Of a stretch of DNA of 10,913 bases, positions 1-5,740 are shown one piece after another. Source of the DNA: Candidatus Eiseniibacteriota bacterium (GTDB taxonomy: Bacteria > ARS69). The stretch spans positions 1 through 10,913 of the forward strand of contig JBQTGV010000219.1 of the NCBI GenBank assembly GCA_052390515.1, in the 5' to 3' direction. Position 1 is the first letter of the stretch. Each line of letters begins with the position of its first letter. The position numbers were made by a program, and so were the translations under genes. The notes under the pieces are model-generated. The model was not told the DNA's origin and did not search any database. It saw nothing but the letters and a program-made list of their open reading frames with translations.

Positions 1-2
1 TC

Positions 3-263
3 GGCGCCGCACCGAATCCGTTCGACGGCGGTACCGCCATCCGCTTCCGACTCGGTGAGCCGTCCGGCGTGCAAGTCCGCGTCTTCGACGCCGCCGGCCG
101 CGCCGTGCGCACCCTGTCCGAGGCGACGCGGGCCGCCGGCAGTCACGAGATCACCTGGGACGGCCGTGACGATCAGGGGCGACCCGTCGGCTCCGGCGTC
201 TACTGGTACGAGGTCAGGACCGACGCCGGCAGCGCTCGCGGCAAGCTCGTCCGGCTGCGCTGA
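3..263 (+). CDS. 3' end (5'-truncated) of a secreted/surface protein with a C-terminal FlgD Ig-like / T9SS-type sorting domain
   Basis: Frame is open from position 3 and reads GAAPNPFDGGTAIRFRLGEPSGVQVRVFDAAGRAVRTL...GSHEITWDGRDDQGRPVGSGVYWYEV...KLVRLR*. This matches the PNPF...(Y/F)D..GR.VRTL...WDGRD..G..V.SGVY...K.V pattern of FlgD-Ig/T9SS CTD-like domains. Confidence 0.88.
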   Translation, partial: GAAPNPFDGGTAIRFRLGEPSGVQVRVFDAAGRAVRTLSEATRAAGSHEITWDGRDDQGRPVGSGVYWYEVRTDAGSARGKLVRLR

Positions 264-285
264 CGGCTCGCGGCCGGAACGTCAC

Positions 286-320
286 GAAGCCCCCGGTGGC
301 AGGTCCGCCGGGGGCTTTCG
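286..320 (+). terminator. Probable rho-independent terminator
   Basis: AAGCCCCCGGTGG (287-299) pairs with CCGCCGGGGGCTT (305-317): 13 bp with one G-U and a 5-nt loop. It lies ~23 nt after the stop codon. The T-run (TTT, 316-318) is short. Confidence 0.75.
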
Positions 321-326
321 CGTGGG

Positions 327-354
327 TTGACCGGAACGCGTCCTGTGCTACCTT
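327..354 (+). promoter_or_regulatory. Putative sigma70-type promoter of the oxoamine synthase operon
   Basis: TTGACC (327-332), 16-nt spacer, extended -10 TG-C-TACCTT (TG 346-347, -10 at 349-354). SD GGAGG at 366-370 lies 5 nt before ATG 376. Confidence 0.6.
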
Positions 355-375
355 TCCAGGGCCTGGGAGGGACCG

Positions 376-1815
376 ATGAGCCGGGATGCCCGCAAGCCCG
401 AAACCGTCGAGGACGAGGCGCGCGCCTTCGCGCGCACCCCGGCTCCGCAGACCGGCGCCGATCGCCTCGATCCCGCCGCTCGCAAGACCGACGGTGACCG
501 CCTCGACTCCACCGCTCGTGAGACCGACGGCAAAGCCCCCGATGCGGCCGCTCGCGTTCGCCCCGCAGGCATCACCGAGTACGACTACAGCAACTTCTAC
601 TCGGGGTCGGGCGAGGACCCTTTCGTCATGCTCGACCCGTTCGACGAGTGGTGGCAGCACGCGCGCCCCTGGGGCTACTACCTCTTCGGGCTGCCCATGC
701 ACACGGCGCCCCGCCCGCGCATCGACATCGTCGAGACGAAGGGCCGCACGCCGATCGACGACCTGATCAACCTGGCGTCGTACAACTACCTGGGCCTCTC
801 CTACCGTCGCGAGGTGATCGACGCGGCCAAGGACGCGCTGGACCGCTACGGCCTGGGTGCCTCGGGGTCACCGATCCTCTCCGGCACGTTCGATCTGCAC
901 GAGCGGCTCGCCGAAAACCTCGCCCGGTTCAAACAGAAGGAGTCGGTGCTGCTCTTCCCGACCGGCTACAGCGCGAACCTCGGGGCCATCGCCGGGCTGA
1001 TGCGCGCAGGCGACTGGGTGATCGCCGACCAGTGGGCCCACGCGAGCATCGTCGACGGCATCATTCTCTCGAAGGCGAACACGCGCTTCTTCCGCCACAA
1101 CGACGTGGCCGACCTGGAGAAGAAGCTCAAGAAGGCCACGGGCAAGAAGCTCGTCGTCATCGAGGGCGTCTACTCGATGGACGGCGACGTGGTGCCGCTG
1201 CCAGACGTGGTGGAGGTGTGCCACCGCCACGGCGCGCGGATCATGCTGGACGAGGCGCACTCCGCGTTCGTGTTCGGCGAGAACGGCCGCGGCGTCGCCG
1301 AGCACTTCGGTCTGGAGGACGAGGTGGACGTGCACATGGGCACGTTCTCCAAGAGCCTGGGCGGCGTGGGCGGCTACATCGCCGGGTCGAAGAAGCTCAC
1401 CCAGTACATCCGAGGCTTCGCCCGCTCCCACGTGTTCTCGTGCGCCATGCCGCCGGCCGTGGCCGCCGGGCTGATCAAGTCGCTGGAGCTGGCGCAGGCC
1501 GAGCCGGAGCTGCGGCAGCGGCTCTGGGAGAACGTGGGCTTCCTGCAGCAGCGCCTGCGGGGAGAAGGAGTCGACATAGGGGACTCCACGTCGCAGGTGG
1601 TGCCCATCATGATCCGGGACGACGACAAGATCTTCGCCATCGGCGAAGACCTGCTGCATCACGGCGTGTACCTGCATCCCATCCGCTACCCGGCGGTCGG
1701 CAAGCACCGCTCCCGTTTCCGGATCTCGGTCTCGGCAGCGCACACGCGTGAGCAGCTGCACGAGGGCGCCGGCATCATCGCCGACGTGCTGAGGAGACAC
1801 GGAATATGCCGCTGA
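376..1815 (+). CDS. PLP-dependent alpha-oxoamine synthase (aminotransferase class I/II; BioF/serine palmitoyltransferase/Kbl family) with an N-terminal low-complexity extension
   Basis: Motifs SYNYLGL, TGYSANLG, HASIVDG (PLP-stacking His), EGVYSMDGD, DEAHS, GTFSKSLG (Schiff-base Lys) and RFRIS. Good SD. Substrate cannot be assigned from sequence. Confidence 0.93.
   Translation: MSRDARKPETVEDEARAFARTPAPQTGADRLDPAARKTDGDRLDSTARETDGKAPDAAARVRPAGITEYDYSNFYSGSGEDPFVMLDPFDEWWQHARPWGYYLFGLPMHTAPRPRIDIVETKGRTPIDDLINLASYNYLGLSYRREVIDAAKDALDRYGLGASGSPILSGTFDLHERLAENLARFKQKESVLLFPTGYSANLGAIAGLMRAGDWVIADQWAHASIVDGIILSKANTRFFRHNDVADLEKKLKKATGKKLVVIEGVYSMDGDVVPLPDVVEVCHRHGARIMLDEAHSAFVFGENGRGVAEHFGLEDEVDVHMGTFSKSLGGVGGYIAGSKKLTQYIRGFARSHVFSCAMPPAVAAGLIKSLELAQAEPELRQRLWENVGFLQQRLRGEGVDIGDSTSQVVPIMIRDDDKIFAIGEDLLHHGVYLHPIRYPAVGKHRSRFRISVSAAHTREQLHEGAGIIADVLRRHGICR
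448..555 (+). repeat. Three imperfect in-frame 36-bp tandem repeats (12 aa each)
   Basis: Units 448-483 QTGADRLDPAAR, 484-519 KTDGDRLDSTAR and 520-555 ETDGKAPDAAAR. Each begins nAGACCG and ends CCGCTCG(C/T). Confidence 0.8.
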
Positions 1816-2477
1816 CGCACTATCGCTTCCGCACCGCGGTCAGCGCGTTCGCCAAGATGCCGACGGAGCACGCCGCGGCGCTGCTTCCGCCGAACCTGCG
1901 GCCACTGGAGGTCACCCACGGCGCGGGAGTCTTCGCCGCCGTGGCCATCGACTTCACCGAGAGCGAAGTCGGTCCCTACCAGGAGCTTGTGCTGGCGGTG
2001 ATCGTTCCGCCGATTCCCGAGGCCGGCGGTCACTACCCCAAGGCCGCGTTCTATCCGGTGGTGCTGGCGACGAGCACGCCCGCTTCCCGGCTGCACGCCA
2101 GCGAGCGATGGCTGTTGCCGCACTATCCCCACGACGTGGAGATCTCGTTCCAGGAGGAGCGGGACCGGACCAAGGTCTTCGTGTACGAGTCCGGAGAGTC
2201 GATCGTCGACCTCGTCGTCACCCGCCGCAAGTGGAACCCGGTGGAGCAGCTGTACCAGTCCTTCATGGTGGACTCCGGGCGATGCTTCAAGGTGGACATC
2301 CACATGAAGGGCGACATGTCCGTGCACGAGGAGGAGCGCGGTCTCCTCGAGCTCTACGAGCACCCCATGGTGCGCGGTATCGAGCGGGGTGAGATCGACC
2401 GGGTCCCCTTCCGCGAGCTGTGGATGCGCGACGGCGTGCAGACCTTCGAGGAGATCGAGCTGCTCGAGGCGCGGTAG
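1806..2477 (+). CDS. Acetoacetate decarboxylase (ADC)-like superfamily protein, apparently lacking the Schiff-base Lys
   Basis: LLPPNLRP, DFTESEVGPYQELVLAV and STPASRLHASERWLLPH resemble the ADC LLP.PL, GxYxE and GRE.WG.PK motifs. The ORF overlaps the upstream gene by 10 nt; SD GAGGAG at 1791-1796. Confidence 0.75.
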   Translation: MPLTHYRFRTAVSAFAKMPTEHAAALLPPNLRPLEVTHGAGVFAAVAIDFTESEVGPYQELVLAVIVPPIPEAGGHYPKAAFYPVVLATSTPASRLHASERWLLPHYPHDVEISFQEERDRTKVFVYESGESIVDLVVTRRKWNPVEQLYQSFMVDSGRCFKVDIHMKGDMSVHEEERGLLELYEHPMVRGIERGEIDRVPFRELWMRDGVQTFEEIELLEAR

Positions 2478-2514
2478 GACGCGCCCCGGGCGGCGCGTTC
2501 CAGAGGGAAACGGG

Positions 2515-3333
2515 ATGGCAAGCACGCTGACCCGCGAAGCACGGATCCTCGCGCTCGTCGACCGCAACGGGGCCGGCCTCGAGATCGGGCCGTCCTTCCG
2601 ACCGCTCGTTCCCAAGTCCGCGGGCGGCAACGTCAAGATCGCCGACCACGCCGATGCCGAGACCCTGCGGACCAAGTACCGGGAAGTCCCGGGCGCTTCG
2701 GAGCGCATCGAGGACGTCGACTTCGTGATGAGCGGCGGCCTCGCGCAGTCCATCCCGCTCCGCTCCCACTTCGATTGGATCGTCGCCTCGCACGTCATCG
2801 AGCACGTGGCCGACCTGGTCGGCTTCCTGTCGGACTGCGAGCTGCTGCTGAAGCCCGGAGGCGTGCTCGCACTGGCCGTCCCCGACAAGCGCTTCTGCTT
2901 CGACGCCGCCCGAGGCATATCCGGCCTCGGCGAGGTCATGCGCGCTCACGCCGAGCGGAGGACGAAACCGGACCGGCACGACGTCCTGGACTACCACATG
3001 AACACGGTCTCGCGGGGCGGTGTCTTCGGGTGGCACGAGGGGTACGGGGAGCCGCTGACGCTTCTCTACGACAGTACCGAGTGGGCCGTCGCCCAGTCGA
3101 AGCGCGCGGACGCGGAGTTCGTGGACGTGCACATCTGGAGGTTCACGCCGAGCAGCTTCCGTCTGGTGATCGAGGACCTGCGGGCGCTCGGTGAGATCCG
3201 CCTGCGCGAGGCCGACTTCTCGGATACCGTGGAGCACGAGTTCTACGTGTCCCTGCGGACGACCGGCAGCGGCCCCCGGCTGACCCGGCTCCAGCTGCTG
3301 GCTCGAATCATCGAGGAGTGCCGGCACTGTTAG
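2515..3333 (+). CDS. Class I SAM-dependent methyltransferase (Methyltransf_11/23-like), 272 aa
   Basis: GLEIGPS (motif I variant), FDWIVASHVIEHV and LLKPGGVLALAVPDKRFCFD. Start placed at ATG 2515 after a purine-rich GAGGGAAA; the track's 2389 start overlaps the previous CDS. Confidence 0.85.
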   Translation: MASTLTREARILALVDRNGAGLEIGPSFRPLVPKSAGGNVKIADHADAETLRTKYREVPGASERIEDVDFVMSGGLAQSIPLRSHFDWIVASHVIEHVADLVGFLSDCELLLKPGGVLALAVPDKRFCFDAARGISGLGEVMRAHAERRTKPDRHDVLDYHMNTVSRGGVFGWHEGYGEPLTLLYDSTEWAVAQSKRADAEFVDVHIWRFTPSSFRLVIEDLRALGEIRLREADFSDTVEHEFYVSLRTTGSGPRLTRLQLLARIIEECRHC

Positions 3334-3340
3334 GCGTGCC

Positions 3341-4150
3341 TCACTCCAGCCCGCGCTCGGCCAGCTCCTCCTCGTCCCACCCCAGGTGATGGCCGATCTC
3401 GTGCAGGATCGTGATGCGGACTTCCTCCTCCAGCTCCTCGCGAGACGTCGCCACGCGCTCCAGGTTCTTCTGGAAGAGATACAGCGTGTTCGGAAGCACT
3501 CCCGAGTCCTGCACGGACTGCTCCAGAAGGCTTCGCCCGAGGAAGAGGCCGAGCAGCTGGGGATCGAGCGGTTTCTCCCCGCCGGACAGCAGCTCGAGCG
3601 GCGGGTACGGCAGGACGAAGAAGCCCGCGTCGTCGAGCACCTCGCGGACCTCCTCATCCAGCTCGGCCACGACTCCCTGCGCGAACTCCAGGAACTCGTC
3701 GTCGCTCATGGAGTACGGCTCGGGGTAACGCTCCGGATCGAGCCGGCGGGCCTCGGCGAACGAGATCAGCGCGCGGCGCTCGTCGCCGTCCCGCTCGGCG
3801 AGCAGCCCGCGCAAGTGGTGCGCGTCGGCCAGATCCGGGGCGTGCTCGAGCGCCTGCTCGACCTGCTCCTTGGCACCCTCCACGTCGAGCGAGCGGAACC
3901 GCGCCCAGCCCAGCGCGGCGTGCGGCTCCGCCCACTCCGGCGCCAGCTCCACGGCGCGGGCCAGCTCGGGCAGCGCCGCCTCCACCTCGTCCAGATCGAG
4001 GAGGCTCACTCCCAGCAGGTAATGGAACTCCGGAATCTCCTCGTCCTCGCCGAGCGCGCGCAAGGCTATCGCGGCGGACTCGTCCGACCGCCCCTCCTCG
4101 AGCAGGGTCCAGATCTGGTCCCAGAGTTCCTCGACGCGCGTGTCTTCCAA
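3341..4150 (-). CDS. TPR-repeat protein fused to a C-terminal minimal zincin metallopeptidase domain (Zincin_1/DUF1025-like)
   Basis: N-terminal TPR helices (FHYLLGVSLL, ARAVELAPEWAEPHAALG, ADAHHLRGLLAE, ARRLDP). C-terminal LLGLFLG...LPNTLYLFQKNLE...EVRITILHEIGHHLG with HExxH. TTG start preceded by SD GGAGGA (4160-4155). Confidence 0.88.
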   Translation of the reverse strand: MEDTRVEELWDQIWTLLEEGRSDESAAIALRALGEDEEIPEFHYLLGVSLLDLDEVEAALPELARAVELAPEWAEPHAALGWARFRSLDVEGAKEQVEQALEHAPDLADAHHLRGLLAERDGDERRALISFAEARRLDPERYPEPYSMSDDEFLEFAQGVVAELDEEVREVLDDAGFFVLPYPPLELLSGGEKPLDPQLLGLFLGRSLLEQSVQDSGVLPNTLYLFQKNLERVATSREELEEEVRITILHEIGHHLGWDEEELAERGLE

Positions 4151-4166
4151 GTGATCCTCCCGCGGG

Positions 4167-4706
4167 TCAGCGCGGCTCGCCGCCCTGGAACACGGCCACT
4201 CCGAGGAGCATCGCCGGAACGGCGATGCACGCGACCTGCACCAGCCAGCCGATGAGGCACACGGCGAATGCCCGCGCGGTGCTGGTGTAGTCCAACGCCT
4301 GTCTCACCGCGACCACCATCGCCGCCAGCATCCACACCCCGGTCACCACCATCACGAAGGGGCCGAGCAGGGGAACCGCCCCCGCGACGCGCAGGATCCC
4401 CGGCGAAGCGGAGAAGCCCGTCGTACGCAGCAGCTGTCCGAGGGTGGCGTGCGTCTCCGGGGTGGGAAGCAGCTTCGCCCCGATGAACCAGGTGAGCACG
4501 GCCCAGAGGAACCAGCCGATCAGCGCGCCGAGGATGCTCGCCACGATCACGAACGTCTCCCCGCCGGCGGCCCCGATTCCTGCGGCGAGGCTCGCGAGAA
4601 CGACAACCCCGAGCGCCTGGCCGGTGGCGCCCCCGTCCGCTTCCACATCCTCGTAGACCTGCGCGTCGAGCTTCGCCGCGCGGATCATCCGGTCGATCAT
4701 GCTCAT
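4167..4706 (-). CDS. YIP1-family multi-pass membrane protein, 179 aa
   Basis: MSMIDRMIRAAKLDAQVYEDVEAD..ATGQA..VV, several hydrophobic helices, LLRTTGFSASPG and VAVRQALDY.ST.RA are typical of bacterial Yip1 proteins. ATG at 4706 has SD GGAGG (4717-4713) 6 nt upstream; the track's 4910 start is rejected. Confidence 0.82.
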   Translation of the reverse strand: MSMIDRMIRAAKLDAQVYEDVEADGGATGQALGVVVLASLAAGIGAAGGETFVIVASILGALIGWFLWAVLTWFIGAKLLPTPETHATLGQLLRTTGFSASPGILRVAGAVPLLGPFVMVVTGVWMLAAMVVAVRQALDYTSTARAFAVCLIGWLVQVACIAVPAMLLGVAVFQGGEPR

Positions 4707-4725
4707 CGGACCCCTCCCCCTGCGT

Positions 4726-4859
4726 CGGGGCCTGGAGGCTACGCCGGATCGGGTCCGGGGACTAGCGCCGGCCGCATCGAACACCTTCTGACCCCGATCC
4801 GTCAGAGGAACGACGCCGGCGTGGTTCCGCGGGACACCGGCGTGATCCCAAGGGTCCCG
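4726..4859. other. Long imperfect inverted repeat / rod-like hairpin (candidate structured RNA)
   Basis: Nested helices on one axis, paired by hand: 4726-4732/4853-4859, 4740-4747/4837-4844, 4753-4756/4832-4835, 4758-4764/4822-4828, 4766-4772/4815-4821, 4777-4779/4811-4813 and 4787-4792/4801-4806, with an 8-nt loop. Confidence 0.55.
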
Positions 4860-4860
4860 G

Positions 4861-4889
4861 ATCGTAAAAAGGGGTAATCGGCCGTGCAG
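4861..4889 (-). promoter_or_regulatory. Possible sigma70-type promoter for the yip1/TPR-zincin operon
   Basis: Minus strand reads CTGCAC (4889-4884), 17 nt, TACGAT (4866-4861). The -35 element is weak. Confidence 0.35.
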
Positions 4890-5028
4890 AGGGCATTTCA
4901 AGCCTTTCACGCAGCTCGCCGGAGTCCGCGAAGATCTTGCGGAACCGCCCGCACCGGCGAAGAGTTAGGGCTTTACGGCCTTTTTGCCCCATCCGGCGCG
5001 TTCCCGGGCCGACAATGACGGAAGCGAG

Positions 5029-5733
5029 ATGCCCCCTGAGCCGCTGAGCGTCCTGGTCGTCGAGGACGAACCCGGTCTGCGCCGCGCCCTCGTGGATCTC
5101 CTCGAGCGCGATGGGCACAGCGTCGTCTCCGTGGGCGACGGGGCAGCCGCCGTCGAGCGAGGCACGCGCGGCGCGTTCGACATCGTCCTGCTCGACTTGA
5201 TGCTGCCGCGGGTGGACGGGATCGAGGTCTGCCGCGAGCTGCGCAAGACCCGGCCGACGCTGCCGATCCTCATGCTCACGGCGAGAGGAGCGGAGTCGGA
5301 CAAAGTGCACGGGCTGCAGGCCGGCGCGGACGATTACGTGACCAAGCCGTTCGGCGCCCACGAGCTGCTGGCGCGGGTGCGCGCGCTGCACCGCCGGGCG
5401 GCGGCGACCGAAGCCAGACCGGAGGCGATCGAGGCCGACGGCTGCCGGCTGGATCTGGGGCGATGCATCGCGGTCCGCGACGGCATCCCGGTTCCGCTGA
5501 CGAGACGAGAGGTCGGGATCCTGCGATGGCTGTACAATCACAAGACCCGCGCCGTCTCCCGCGCGGAGCTGCTGCAGGAAGTCTGGGGCGTTCCCGGCGA
5601 GCTGCAGACCCGCACCGTGGACATGACGATCTCCAACCTGCGTCACAAGGTCGAGGTGGACCCGGCACGCCCCCGCCTCGTCGTGACCGTGAAGGGCGTC
5701 GGCTACGCGTGGGGAGGCGGCGAACGGGAGTGA
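5029..5733 (+). CDS. OmpR/PhoB-family DNA-binding response regulator, 234 aa
   Basis: Receiver domain VLVVEDE, LLDLMLP (phospho-Asp), ILMLTA, GADDYVTKPF. Winged-helix domain LTRRE...SRAELLQEVWG...TRTVDMTISNLRHK...VTVKGVGY. ATG 5029 is preferred over TTG 4984. Confidence 0.95.
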   Translation: MPPEPLSVLVVEDEPGLRRALVDLLERDGHSVVSVGDGAAAVERGTRGAFDIVLLDLMLPRVDGIEVCRELRKTRPTLPILMLTARGAESDKVHGLQAGADDYVTKPFGAHELLARVRALHRRAAATEARPEAIEADGCRLDLGRCIAVRDGIPVPLTRREVGILRWLYNHKTRAVSRAELLQEVWGVPGELQTRTVDMTISNLRHKVEVDPARPRLVVTVKGVGYAWGGGERE

Positions 5734-5740
5734 CGCGCTC

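Noticed and set aside
448-555. CRISPR array (36-bp period)
   Set aside because: Units are contiguous with no spacers, degenerate and in frame within a CDS, and no cas genes are present.
376-1815. Naming the gene bioF, spt or kbl
   Set aside because: The family is clear but specificity is not. No pathway neighbours are present and the substrate-side motifs are divergent.
2389-2514. Longer N-terminus for the methyltransferase
   Set aside because: Overlaps the ADC-like CDS and has an off-frame-like composition. ATG 2515 gives a normal domain start.
4726-4859. Assignment of the hairpin as 6S RNA, SRP 4.5S RNA or a known riboswitch
   Set aside because: A short minus-strand stretch (GTGTTCG...AGTCCCC.GA.CCGAT) loosely recalls the 6S 5' arm, but there is no large central bubble or matching 3' arm. 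The SRP tetraloop motif and known aptamer cores are absent. An Rfam search is needed to be sure.
4867-4902. Sigma32-like promoter on the minus strand (CTTGAAA ... CCCCTTTT)
   Set aside because: The 21-nt spacer is too long for the sigma32 consensus.
4707-4910. 68-aa N-terminal extension of the Yip1 protein
   Set aside because: No family-like sequence. ATG 4706 has a strong SD, and the region looks regulatory or structured.
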